From: Candidatus Altimarinota bacterium
GTDB lineage: Bacteria; Patescibacteriota; Gracilibacteria; BD1-5; UBA6164
Reading direction: 5' to 3'
Length of the DNA stretch: 64,000 bases
Assembly: GCA_041694155.1 (NCBI GenBank)
Contig: JASMTS010000014.1
Coordinates: 20,583 to 84,582, forward strand
Position numbers and translations under genes: made by a program. Below the pieces are notes generated by a model, which had not been told where the DNA came from, searched no databases, and saw only the letters and a program-made list of their open reading frames with translations. Positions within the stretch are counted from its first letter, which is position 1; every line of letters begins with the position of its first letter. Below, piece after piece: positions 13,634 through 25,421 of this stretch.

Positions 13634-13945
13634 ATGACATTAGTATTAAATAATGAAAATTTTGCTGAAACTATAAAAGAAGGTGTTACTTTAGTAGATT
13701 TTTGGGCTGAATGGTGTGGTCCTTGTCAAATGATGTTACCAATTTTAGATGAATTTTCAGCATCTATGGAATGAAAAATGAAAGTTTGAAAAGTTAATGT
13801 TGATGAAAATTCAGATATAGCTGGTCAATATAGAGTTATGTCTATACCTACATTAATCGTTTTCAAAGACGGAGAACCAGTTGAACAATTAGTAGGTGTT
13901 CAACAAGCAGACAAATTGGAAGAAGTTTGTTCTAAATATTTATAA
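13634..13945 (+). CDS. trxA: thioredoxin
   Basis: 103 aa. Contains [12 protein letters not shown] (active site) and [12 protein letters not shown]. Confidence 0.9.
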
Positions 13946-13980
13946 AAAAATACTAGATTTTAAAATCTAGTATTTTTTTA
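13946..13980. terminator. bidirectional hairpin terminator
   Basis: AAAATACTAGATTT / AAATCTAGTATTTT palindrome between convergent trxA and pilC. Confidence 0.6.
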
Positions 13981-15096
13981 TATAACATTTACCATATTAA
14001 AGAATGGTAGCATTATAGCCATTATTAACACTCATACTATTCATCATACTATAACTATTACTAGTGGTTCTATAGCTGTTTGTATATTTTTTACTATATT
14101 GTCTATTTCTTTGTTATATTTTTGTCATATTTTTATTAAAAGTTTATCTAGTCTTCAAGTAGATTCTCATATTTTTACTATAGAGGCTAATTCTATAGGG
14201 AATAAAAAATTTTCTTTTCATGATTGTATTTCATGAACTCACATTAGTTTACTCAGTTCTACTCATTTACTAACTCTAGAATTTATATTTTTTAAATGTT
14301 TTTCATAGTAATCATTTTCTAGTGCTTTTGAGCTTATTTCTAATGACTTATTTATTATAACTCAGCTTTCTAGTAATATTCATAAACTATTAACAAATAA
14401 AGCAAGAGTTTTCTTTTTTATCAATGGTCAGAATATTGGTATCCTTAGTATAAAGTTATCCCAATATATTTTAGTAGTTTTACTTGTTTTAAATGCAATT
14501 ATTAAAATGATAAATATAAATATTCAAAGTATTATATAATATATGTTGTTTTGAATAAAGTTAGATGTGTCTATTACTCATTGAGTCAAAGATGGTAGAT
14601 TTACTTTTGAGTCTATATACATTTGTTCTATTTTTGGTATTACATATACCATAAAAACTCATATCATTATTATAGATAAACTTACAATAACGATAGGGTA
14701 GATTAAGGCTCATATTATTTTTCATTTTAATTCTTGTGATTTTTCTTCTTTTTGTTTTATAGTTTCTATTGAATCTCCCAACTTTCAAGTAACTTCTCAC
14801 ATTTCAACTATTGATACATCAAATACTCAAAAGCTTTTATTATTTTTTTGAAATATTTCACTAAGGCTATCTCATTTATTTATATTATCTACTATATTTT
14901 TTAGTAATATTTTTAATTTTTTTTCTTTTGTTTGATACATTATTATTTTAAATGCATTTATAAGAGGTATTCATGATTGTAATAAATTAGATAACTGCTC
15001 CAAAAGATTTATTTTTTCTTTTGAGCTTATTTTTATATTTTTTTTATGGTTTATTTGTGACTTTATTTTATCAAAAAAATCTTTTATTTTTAGCAT
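13978..15096 (-). CDS. pilC: type IV pilus / type II secretion platform protein (GspF/PilC family)
   Basis: 372 aa. Two GspF-like repeats (FDVSIVEMGEVTGKLGDS and FPIELASIVKIGESTGRLDK) and the TM segment GALIYPIVIVSLSIIMIGVFMVYVIPK. Track ORF 14561-14800 is an alternative-frame artefact. Confidence 0.8.
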
Positions 15097-15193
15097 TTAG
15101 TTCAAATTATAACTAATTATTATTATTTTATCATTTTTCTTGAATTTTTTCAAAAAATCTTATAATTTAAATTGTAGTTTTTAAAATAAAAAT

Positions 15194-15616
15194 ATGTTCA
15201 AATTTTTTAATGTTACTAAAAATAATGATTATAAAGAAATAGATCAAGAAGATCATATTGATTATGATGATTTCGAGCAAGAAGAGGTATGACAAGTAGC
15301 TATAGATATACTAGAAACAAAAAATGAAATGATACTATTATCACCTATTGCTTGAGTAGATTTGGATGATATAGATATTTCTTATAATGATCAAGTATTA
15401 AAAATATCTTGATACAGGAAAAAACCTGATATTTTTTCAAAAGATATATCTATAAAAAATAGTGAGTGTTTTTGGGGTGAATTTTCAAGAAATATAATAC
15501 TACCTGAAAATCTTGATTTTGATGATATAAGAGCAAACTTAGATAACAACTTATTAGTTATAACTATACCAAAAATAAGTTTTTCTAGTAAGCATATAAG
15601 AGTAGAAAAAATTTAA
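15194..15616 (+). CDS. Hsp20/alpha-crystallin small heat-shock protein
   Basis: 140 aa. VAIDILETKNEMILLSPIAGVDLDDIDISYNDQVLKISG ... GEFSRNIILPENLDFDDIRANLDNNLLVITIPK follows the ACD pattern. Confidence 0.8.
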
Positions 15617-15632
15617 AACTAATAATTAAACT

Positions 15633-15863
15633 GTGATTTTTAGAAAGAAGAATGTACATGCATGAGCCAAAAAATTTGATAAAATTATTACCTGAGTTAT
15701 AGTTTGAACTGCTGTTGCTTCTATGGTTTGATTATCAAAAACCAAAAAGTGAAAAAAACTTGGTTCAAAAATATCAAAAACAACCTGATGAGTAGCTAAA
15801 AAATCTTATGGTTTTTTAGGTAAATGTATGGTTTGAACTATTAATTTTTTTAAGAAAAAATAA
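15633..15863 (+). CDS. small Gly/Lys-rich membrane protein (hypothetical)
   Basis: 76 aa with a GTG start after an in-frame TAA. One hydrophobic helix (ITGVIVGTAVASMVG). Only open if TGA=Gly. Confidence 0.3.
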
Positions 15864-15864
15864 A

Positions 15865-16605
15865 ATGATAAAAAAAATATTATTTATATTCATATTTTTT
15901 TCTATTATTCCTATTTGATATTGATGTAAATATTCATCAGAAATAAGTCAGTGTAGCTCTGAAGTAGAAAAGTTTTTACCAAAAGATTGAAGTGGTTTTA
16001 TATGAATATGATCTTCTATAAAATGATTTGATGATTTTGTTTGTTTGCAAGCTCCACCTGAAATAAGAATAGCTCAAATAGCAATGGATATGAATTTTAG
16101 AGAAATTGATAAAGAGGTTGATGAATATCTTGCAGATCTTGAAAGTAATAAGGATATGTTTTTTTGAGAGAGTTCTCAACTTAACTATTATCAAGGAGTA
16201 GATTATATATATGATAAAGTTAATGAGTTTGAAGAAAAGTATAAATCTGCCTGTAAAACAAGTATAGAAGAGTCATGAGAGTGTACGAAAAATTTGCTTT
16301 ATGATGACTCTGATAAACAATCATCAATAGGTGTAAACGAAGCTATTAAGTATCTTTGAGATTGAAAATGATGATGATGATGAGAGTGTTATAAATTAGT
16401 TGATATAAAAACAGATATTTTATCAAGTGTTAGCTATAATATACTGCTTTTGAATCAACAATCTGTACAAAAAGATCAGCAAACTTTGTATGAACAAGAA
16501 ACAAGAACTAAATATAATAAAATTTTGGATATAATGATGATAAATTTAGGTTATATAGAGAGAATATGGCAAAAAACTCCTAGTTTTACAAAAAATCCAT
16601 TATAA
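15865..16605 (+). CDS. secreted/lipoprotein, Cys-containing, hypothetical
   Basis: 246 aa. Signal peptide MIKKILFIFIFFSIIPIGYGC. Five consecutive in-frame TGA codons at 16369-16383 give a Gly run. Confidence 0.5.
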
Positions 16606-16637
16606 AAAAACAAGAAGTAGTTTACTTCTTGTTTTTT
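16605..16637. terminator. bidirectional hairpin terminator
   Basis: AAAAAACAAGAAGTA / TACTTCTTGTTTTTT stem. Overlaps the stop of the minus-strand gene. Confidence 0.6.
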
Positions 16638-18166
16638 TGTTTTGCTCCACAGTAAGGACATATTTTCATATTTTTTTTGATTTTTTTATTACATTTTTGA
16701 CACTTTTTCTTAGTTAATTTATTTAGTATCAGCCATAATACCAATAAAAATATTAATATTATTCATGAGTATAAAAAGAAATATGGGTTTAGTCATACAT
16801 ATTTAACTTTATAGTCTACTTCAAACTCTTTTGCTGAATTAAATTGTATATTTTTACCTTCATAGTTTTCATATCACATTTCAATTATGGCATTTATATT
16901 TTTTTGTTCTAGTCTCTCGTTTATTCTTTGCCATGGAAATATAACTCATAAATCAGCTATGTTTTGTCTAGTATAATAATCTCATGGAGTCCAGTACTTT
17001 ATAACTTTTTGTCACTCTTCATTATAATCTTCATATGGAAATCATTTCCATTCACTTGTATATATTCTACTTGTGTTAGGTAATACATTACCTCATTGGT
17101 CATTTATAGGTAAATAATCAACTATTTCTTCTCATAGAATCATTCAGTTTTCATCTATTATTACTTTTTTTCATACTCAGTTTATTTGTTCTCAGTTTTC
17201 ATCTATCAGTGTTATTTTTCATTCAGGTTTTATGTGAGTATTACCCTTATTTTCAAAAGGTATACTTATTTCTATATTAAAATCTCTTTCTTCTTCATCA
17301 ACTTTATTTGTTAACAGTTCATTTTCTTTATTTTGTTGTTTTGTTTCTGTTGATTCTTGTTCATTTTCTTGATTTTTTGTTAATAATTCATTTGATCCTT
17401 TAGATTCTTGGTTGTTTATTGTTAATTGAGTACTTGAATTATAATTTTTATCTATTGTTATATTATCATCACTTTTTTCTCATCTATTTATAATTTTTTC
17501 TATAGTATCTTGAAATACTAATTTATCAAAACATTTACCATCTGTATCACTATTTGTAAAGTCACCAAATTTACAATTATCAGTAGCAGATACATCGTTA
17601 TCTCTGTCTTTTGTCCAGTCATATCATCCTCATCATGATGATGAACTAGAACTAGTAGAGTCAGGTTTGTTTATTATAGGATCTCATGTATTGGAATCAT
17701 CTATTATTTCTCAGTCTACATTAATTTTTAATTGTCATGTAGATGTTGAATTTTCATCTCATAGTGTTTTGAAAAATACTCATCAATAGTGTCATCCAGG
17801 TACAGCATCTGTAGGCACTTCTATGTCAAAATTTATTTCTTTTTCTCATAAAGGTCAAATACTAAAACTTGGAGTATCTATATTTATCCAACTAGCTAAT
17901 TCTTGGTTGGGGTTTACCAATTCACTTTTTCTAACAAATTTTGGTGTTCAGTAGTTATCTTTTGCTTCAAAATCTGAAACTCAAGTATAAATATTTATTG
18001 TATCATTGGATTTATTTATTATTTTTGCAGTTTTGGTTATGATTTCTCATTGCTGCAAAACAAATTCATATTTTATTGGAGTAACAACAAGGTCTAAGCT
18101 AGCATTTGAAATATTTATATTGAATATAAATAAAAAAATGAAAATAATATATATTAATTTTTTCAT
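16622..18166 (-). CDS. surface-anchored protein, DUF916-like N-domain, C-terminal TM helix and cytoplasmic zinc ribbon
   Basis: 514 aa. Signal peptide, then LDLVVTPIKYEFVLQQGEIITKTAKIINKSNDTINIYT ... FDIEVPTDAVPGGHYGGVFF (DUF916-like). An S/G/D-rich linker and a second beta domain follow, then the TM segment YFFLYSGIILIFLLVLWLIL and the tail CQKCNKKIKKNMKICPYCG. Confidence 0.55.
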
Positions 18167-18232
18167 TATAAAAATTGTTATTTAATATTGTTATATTAAT
18201 TTTAATAATATAAAAAATTATTTAAAAATCAA

Positions 18233-18260
18233 AAAAATACCTTATTTAAAAGGTATTTTT
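18233..18260 (-). terminator. rho-independent terminator of the upstream surface-protein gene
   Basis: AAAAATACCTT / AAGGTATTTTT stem with a T run on the minus strand. Confidence 0.55.
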
Positions 18261-18279
18261 TATTTTATTTGTTTTTTTA

Positions 18280-18942
18280 TTAGAAATTACCGGTAACAGT
18301 AAATGTTATTTGATCTTCATAATCACCAGCAGGAGTTTCAGTATCTACATCAGCTTCTACTGAAAATGTAACATCAGCATTTGTATTGTCATCTAATTCT
18401 GGTTTATTTGTTTCATATATAATATGTTCAGTAGTAGAGTTATTAACTTCTGTAGCAGTTAAATCACCAGTACTAGTAAAACCTGTAACTGTAGAGTCTA
18501 TAGCATTTGCAGACGAAGCAAATGTATAACTATCTCAATTTACATCGTTTATCATTATAGAACCTGAGTTAGTGTTAACCATACCACCATTACTAGATCT
18601 AGCAGTTATAGTAACACCATTTGCAGCATTTGTCCCTACCTCTATATCTATACTACCACTAGAAGGTGTTCCAGGAGTAATATTTCCTAATTCTATAACA
18701 GAATTTGATAATGTCATATTTAATGTAGGTAATATTTTAGCATTAACCTTTACTCAAGTAACACTACCAGTCGCAGTACCAGGTAAATTATCATCCCAAA
18801 CAATATTAGAATCAAATGTTGCATCATTATCTACACCAGCAGTACCTATATTAGTAGCCGCAAATACGTTGGCAAAATTTGTCATTGCAATAGCTGTAAT
18901 TCAAGCAACAGCAAGGGCTTTTTTTATTTTTGTTTTTATCAT
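18280..18942 (-). CDS. secreted T/N/G/S-rich beta protein (WxL/DUF4402-like surface protein, putative)
   Basis: 220 aa. Signal peptide MIKTKIKKALAVAGITAIAMTNFANVFA. Ends ETPAGDYEDQITFTVTGNF, typical of beta-sandwich surface or fibre subunits. The plus-strand track ORF 18572-18952 is the antisense artefact. Confidence 0.6.
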
Positions 18943-19171
18943 AGTAAGATAATATTATATATTATGTAAATAAAATTTTTATTTTAATATGTTAAGAAAT
19001 TTATTTTATTTCTTAATTACAGTTTAATTGTAGCACATTTATTTTTAATATGTCAAAAAAAAACAATTTTTTGTTTAAAATCATTAAATAAATACATTTT
19101 TATATAAAAATTGAAAAAAAAAGTTTTTTGTTTAAAATAATAAAAATTTTATTTATAAATATAATAAATTA

Positions 19172-19987
19172 GTGAGCATAGAAATATTAAACAAATATAA
19201 AATAAAGGCTAAGAAGTCACTAGGTCAAAATTTTTTGGTTAATGAAAATATTGTAGATGAAATATCAAAGATATCAGATATAAAATGAAAAAATATAGTT
19301 GAAGTATGATCATGATATGGAGCTTTAACACAAAAATTACTTAATAATAAACCAAAATCATTAAATCTAATTGAATTAGATAATGATATGATAGAAATAT
19401 TAAACCAAAGAATAAATAATTGAGATTTTTATTTAGATTGAATTGATTTCAATATAAATAACTTGGATGTATTAAAATATAATCCTCAAATGAGTGATTA
19501 TATAGTTATTGCAAATATACCATATTATATTACTTCACCTATAATTAGGCATTTTTTGTATGAAATACAAAATGAACCTAAATCAATGATTATATTAATG
19601 CAAAAAGATGTATGAGATAAGATACTTGGTAAGAATAAATGAAAGTCATCAGTTATAAGTCTTTTTGTAAACAAAAAATGTCATGTTAGTGAAAAATTAT
19701 TTGTGTGAAAACAAAATTTTATACCAGAACCAAAGGTAGAATCTAGTGTTTTGTTTTTTGAAACTCATGATAAATATAATTATATAGATGATAATAAATT
19801 TTTGGAATTTATAAAAAAGTGATTTAGTGAACCAAGAAAAAAACTTATAAAAAATTTATTAAAATTTTGATACGATAAAAAATTAATTTTACAATGTTTT
19901 AATGAATTATCAATAGAAGAGTGAGTCAGGTGAGAAGATTTGAATATCTCATTATGGTGCCAACTTTTTGAGAAAATTCACAAATAA
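19172..19987 (+). CDS. rsmA: 16S rRNA (adenine1518/1519-N6)-dimethyltransferase
   Basis: 271 aa with a GTG start. Contains KKSLGQNFLVNENI, VEVGSGYGALT (SAM motif) and IANIPYYITSPI. Confidence 0.85.
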
Positions 19988-20134
19988 TTAACAATTAAAA
20001 CTTGATGAAATACAATTTTTTTTTATAATCTGGTCTCCTGATAGAGATGTTTAAGATAAATATTTGTATTGTTTCTATGTTTTTTAGATACAAAATATAT
20101 TTATTCTTATTATTTATAATGTTAAACTAATTCC

Positions 20135-21481
20135 ATGGATAAAAAAGCTATAGTCCATATTATGACTAAGTCTAGGATGAAAAGTGATGTTTTTACCTCT
20201 GATATAGATGCAATAGAAGAAGTTTCCGAGAAGTATTGAGTAAAAAATGTAATATTTTATAAATGAGAACCTATAGAATATGCTGATTTGATAACAAAGT
20301 TAGAAAAATTTGGTATATTTGTATATAATTATCAAAATAAAGAAGATTTAAAAGAGCAGGTTTTAAATTTTTCTCAAGAATATGAAGTTATATTTGTAAC
20401 TACTGCTATAGAGCTACTTATTAATACTGTAAATGAAGTAAAAGAAGCTCTTTGAAGACCAATGTCAGAAAATCCTGATATTTTTAGGAATAAGTTTTTA
20501 CAAAGAGAGCTTATTCAAGATCATAATCCTGATTTATGAATCAAGTTTATGAAATGAACTCCAGAAGACTTGGATATAAAAGAGATAGAAAAACATGTAG
20601 GTTATCCTTTTATAATAAAACCAGTTGATTGAGTTCAAAGTTCATGAGTTGCCAAAATAAGAAACAAATCTGATTATAATAATTATATGAAAACTTATGA
20701 AGATTTTCATGATAGATTAAAATCAAGATGAGTTGATAATAAAGATTTGATAGTAGAAGAATTTATTGATGGTACTCTTTATTCTCTTGATTATTATGTA
20801 AATGATGAATGAGAAACAACAATATCAAAACCAGTTAAAGTAAGACTTTGAATAGATGTTAAAGTAAATGACTACTGTAATATAGCTAGAATATCTTCAG
20901 AAAAAACTGAATGAGAATTTAAATGAAAAAGATTAAAAACATTTGTTAATTCTACTATAAAAGCTACCTGAATAAAAAATACTTTTGTTCATCATGAGTT
21001 CAAAATTAATAGTAAATGAGAATTGAAAACAATAGAATTAAATGGTAGATTAGGATGATGAAGACTTGAGCTTATAAAAAGAGCATATGATTTTAATATG
21101 TATGAAATGATATGCAACCCTGATATAAAAATATGAAAACTAAAAGAAAGTAATATAGTTGTAAATATATATGCATCTAAAAGATGAATGTTTAGATCAT
21201 ATAATGAAGAATTATTAGAAAAAATAGAAAAAAGGGATTCTGTTTATAAAATAGAAAAATATGAATGATACTTAGGTAAAGAAATATGATTAACAAAAGA
21301 TTGATTTGTTAAAGTTTGAGCTATCAGAATGTCAAATAAAGACTATTCAGAATTAGCCAAAGATTTTAGATATATCAAAAATAAATATAAAGAATTACTT
21401 ATTATTGATGAATTTGATGAGAATCATCAAGTTAGAAAAAAATGAGTATTTTCAAAAATAAGAGAATATATAAATAGATAA
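20135..21481 (+). CDS. ATP-grasp domain protein
   Basis: 448 aa. Contains YPFIIKPVDGVQSSGVAKI, LIVEEFIDGTLYSLDYYV and HHEFKINSKGELKTIELNGRLGGG, typical of ATP-grasp ligases. Confidence 0.7.
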
Positions 21482-21483
21482 TA

Positions 21484-21517
21484 AAAAATAGTAAAACAAT
21501 TATGTTTTACTATTTTT
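21484..21517. terminator. bidirectional hairpin terminator
   Basis: AAAAATAGTAAAAC / GTTTTACTATTTTT stem between convergent genes. Confidence 0.6.
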
Positions 21518-23348
21518 TTAATAGTGCTTTTTTTCTTATTTTATTCAGTCAGTTTAGAGCACTTTCTATTTTTTCTTCATTATAACATATATTATCTCAT
21601 AATATATCTAAAACCTCTAGTCTAACTTTTTGTCTTTCTTCTTCTGTGTTGTGTGTATATATATTTTTTAATCATAGGTTTATTATACCATCAATACTTA
21701 TTCTTGTTTTATTAGAAACTAGTTTTGTTCAATATTCTCAAAAATCTATTATAGGGTATTTATTTTTTAAAAAATTTATCAACTCACTTTCATCTGCTTG
21801 TTTTCAATTCATTATTTGTTTTATTGCAAAAAATACTATGTCTGAATAAAACATTGGCTTAAGTATTTTTTTTGTTTTAGATTGTTGTTTTATTTCTATA
21901 AGTAAATTTATTTCTTTGAATCAAACTTTTCATAAAAATAAATTTTCAAACTTTATTCACTTTTTTCAATCTGATAATATGTATTTGTTTATTTGTTTTG
22001 CTGCTTCAAAAAGTCATCTAGTATAACTAGTATCTTTGTGTTGTACTCAATTTTTATTTGATCTTTTTAATCTAAAAAGTCTATCCTTTACAGATATTAT
22101 ATCTTTTTCTAGCTTGTTAGAAATTATCAAAAACTCTATTAGCTCATCATTATCAAGTATTTCTCAAAATAATATTTTTATAAAATTACTATTAAATTCT
22201 AGTTTTTGAATATCTATAATTTTTTTATTAGTTTTTTTATCTGTCTTGAATATTTGATTTCAATATTTTAACATATTTTCCATCAAAATAGCAGCTCATT
22301 CGTCTTTTGTTGTTGATCATTTTCATCTAATATTTCATATTAATAATTGAGAGTTATGTTCTGAAATATTATGAGTTTCATTTTCGTGAGCATTTAATGA
22401 TAAAAATCTAGGAAAATCAAAAAAATCAAAATTATGAGTGCTTGGTATTTGAAATCAATGTGGTCAATCAGATATACTTTTTGTAAAAGGATTTACTTCT
22501 ACATTAAATTCCATTTTTTTGAAAGCTTCTATAAACAAATTGAATCACAAAATATAGTCCCTTTGACTTATTTTGAATTTTGATAATTCTGATAATTGAT
22601 TATGTTTTGGGATAATGTTTACTTTTTTGTATCACTCTGGCAGATATTTTTCTAGTTTTTCAATAAAAAATATAAATCTTTCTTGTTCATTTTTTGTTAT
22701 TTTGTGTTTATTTCTTTCATAAATATCAGTTATTTTATTGTAGCATATTGATACTTCTCTAGGTGATTCGATTATTTGTCATCAAAATAATTCTTTATCT
22801 AATTCTTTTTGTTTTTTATCTATTTTTGTTTCTTCATCTTTTGTAATTTCTATATCTAATCAAGCCTTTTCTTCTTCATATATTAGTCAATTTATGCAGT
22901 ATTCTAAAAAGGCTATTTTTTCATCTAGTGAATTACTTAAAATCGTTATTTTGTTTTTGTTAGTAGTAGATAGTTTTTTTATATTTATTTTTTGTATTAG
23001 ATCTTTTGATATCTCTATTTCTTTTATTTTTCTTTTTATTTTTTTTCTTATTTTCTTCGATGCTTTTTTTATTTGTTCTATTTTTTCGCTATCAGATGAT
23101 TTTATAAATTCTTTTAAGTCAAGTTTTCATAAACTTACAAATAATGTAGTATTTAAGTTTACTTCTCTTCAATTTAATGTTATTTGTTCATTTGTTGATT
23201 CATCTATATTTGCATATGAATAAGTAACCTCTGCTATTTTCCACATTTCTTGTCATATCCAGATTTTTTCATCATAAACCAGAGAAGTTATATCATTTAT
23301 TAACTCCTCTAATCTATTATTAGAAAATTTTTCTAGATTTTTTTTCAT
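21510..23348 (-). CDS. DUF1704 (QEGLA-motif, MATCAP-like) putative metallocarboxypeptidase
   Basis: 612 aa. LSLNAHENETHNISEH (HExxxH-type site) followed by TKDEGAAILMEN (QEGLA-like). Confidence 0.55.
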
Positions 23349-23479
23349 ATTTTTTTGAAAAATATACTAAGCTCTCTATAAAATAACATATTTTGTCTAT
23401 TTTTTCAAAATCTTTACTTTTTGTTTTTTATTTATAGAATATTGCCAAAATTAATTTTAATAAGACTTATTATAAGTAT

Positions 23480-25363
23480 ATGGATTTAAAAAATATTAGA
23501 AATTTTTGTATTATTGCTCATATTGACCATTGAAAATCTACACTAGCTGATAGATTGTTAGAAATAACATGAACACTTGATAAAAGATGAATGAAGCATG
23601 GTCAAATGCTTGATACAATGGACTTGGAACAAGAAAGAGGTATAACCATAAAATTGCAACCTGTTAGAATGTATTGGAAATGATATGAACTTAATATTAT
23701 AGATACTCCGGGTCATGTAGACTTTCAATATGAAGTCTCAAGAAGTCTTGCTTCAGTTGAATGAGCATTATTGATGGTTGATGCTACTCAATGAATAGAA
23801 GCTCAAACTCTTAGTAATGTTTACATGGCTATAGAAAATGACTTAGACATAATACCTGTACTAAATAAAATAGATCTTCCAGCAGCTGATGTGGAAAAGG
23901 TAAGTGAAGAAATAATAAATTTACTTGGTTGTGATAAATCTGATATAATTCCTGTTTCTGCTAAAACATGAGAAAATGTAGAATTAGTATTAGATGCTGT
24001 TCTTGATAGAATCAGTGAACCTCAAGTATATGAATCAACTGGTAAAATAGAAAATGATGAATTAAAAGCTCTTGTTTTTGATAGTCAGTATGACCCTTAT
24101 AGATGAGTAGTAAGTTATGTAAAAGTTTTTAAGTGAGAAATCAAAAAATGAGATTCTCTAACTTTTTTACATACCAATAAAAAAATAGAAGCTCAGGATG
24201 TTTGATATTTTTCTCCAACTTATATAAGTGATAAAAAAATAGAAAATTGATCTGTTTGATATGTAGTAACTGGTCTAAAAAACCTGGAGAATGCAAAAGT
24301 TTGAGATACTTTATGGAAACCAGAAGATAGAGAATGACCAAAAGATAAAGCTGAGGAAGCAAAACCTATAGAGTGATTTAGTGAAGCAAAACCTTTTATA
24401 TATGCGGGTATTTATCCTATGGATAGTAGTGAATATCCTCAATTGAAGGATGCTATGGAAAAACTCTTATTAAATGATTCGGCTCTTAGTATAGAATCTA
24501 GTGTATCTCAAGCATTATGACATTGATATAGATGTTGATTTTTATGATTACTGCATTTAGATATAGTAAAAGAAAGGTTATTTAGAGAGTTTGATATGGA
24601 TGTTATAATGACATCTCCACAAGTTACTTATAAACTTAAGTTTTATTGAGATAAATCTTCTGAATATAATAGATTTAATCCTGAAGTATTTGATTTTGAA
24701 TGAAAAACATATACTTATATTTATGTTTCTAGTCCTGAAGATTTACCAGATAGGGAAAAATATTTAACAATAGAAGAGCCTATTGCAAAAGTAGAAATAA
24801 TAACTCCAAGTGAATATGTAGGTCCTCTTATGCAACTTTCTCAAGAAAGAAGATGAAAATTTTTGAATCAACAATTTATAGATACTTCTAGAGTAATGTT
24901 AGTTTATGAATTACCTATGAATGAGCTTATATGAGATTTTTATGATGAAATAAAATCTTTGTCTAGTTGATATGCATCTATGAATTATGAATTTTTGAAA
25001 TACAATGAGGATGATATGGTTAAACTAGATATATTAATAGCTGATGAAAAAGTTGAAGCTCTAGCTTTTATAACTCATGCAGATCAAGCTCATTATCTAT
25101 GATGAAAACTTTGTGCAAAATTAAAAGAAACTGTACCAAGAGCACTTTTTGCTATAAAGATACAAGCTGCCGTTTGATCAAAAGTAGTAGCTAGAGAAAC
25201 TCTTAGTGCACTTAGAAAAGATGTAACTGCAAAACTTTATGGTTGAGATATTACTAGAAAGAAAAAGCTTTTGGAAAAACAAAAAAAAGGTAAGAAAAAA
25301 ATGAAACAATTTGGTAATGTTAGTCTTCCTAGTGAAGCATTTGTGAATTTATTAAAAAAATAG
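23480..25363 (+). CDS. lepA: translation elongation factor 4 (LepA)
   Basis: 627 aa. Contains [22 protein letters not shown] (the Gly is TGA 23531-23533), [14 protein letters not shown] and a C-terminal LepA-specific domain. Confidence 0.95.
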
Positions 25364-25384
25364 TGGATTTTCCACTATTTTTTT
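25354..25384 (+). terminator. rho-independent terminator
   Basis: AAAATAGTGGA / TCCACTATTTT stem plus a T run. Confidence 0.6.
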
Positions 25385-25421
25385 TATTATGATTATATTA
25401 ATATAAATAATATTTTGCCAC

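Noticed and set aside
14561-14800. Minus-strand track ORF of 79 aa inside pilC.
   Set aside because: It is in a different frame from the GspF/PilC reading frame. That frame is continuous across 372 codons and carries the conserved motifs.
18572-18952. Plus-strand track ORF of 126 aa.
   Set aside because: The opposite strand encodes a complete signal-peptide protein (18280-18942) with a terminator. The plus-strand ORF is its antisense shadow.
19053-19141. Two similar A-run/T-run elements (AAAAAAAAACAATTTTTTGTTTAAAAT and AAAAAAAAAGTTTTTTGTTTAAAAT) in the spacer upstream of the surface-protein gene and rsmA.
   Set aside because: These are pure A/T low-complexity sequence that could arise by chance in this genome. 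I cannot distinguish a regulatory repeat from background without comparative data.
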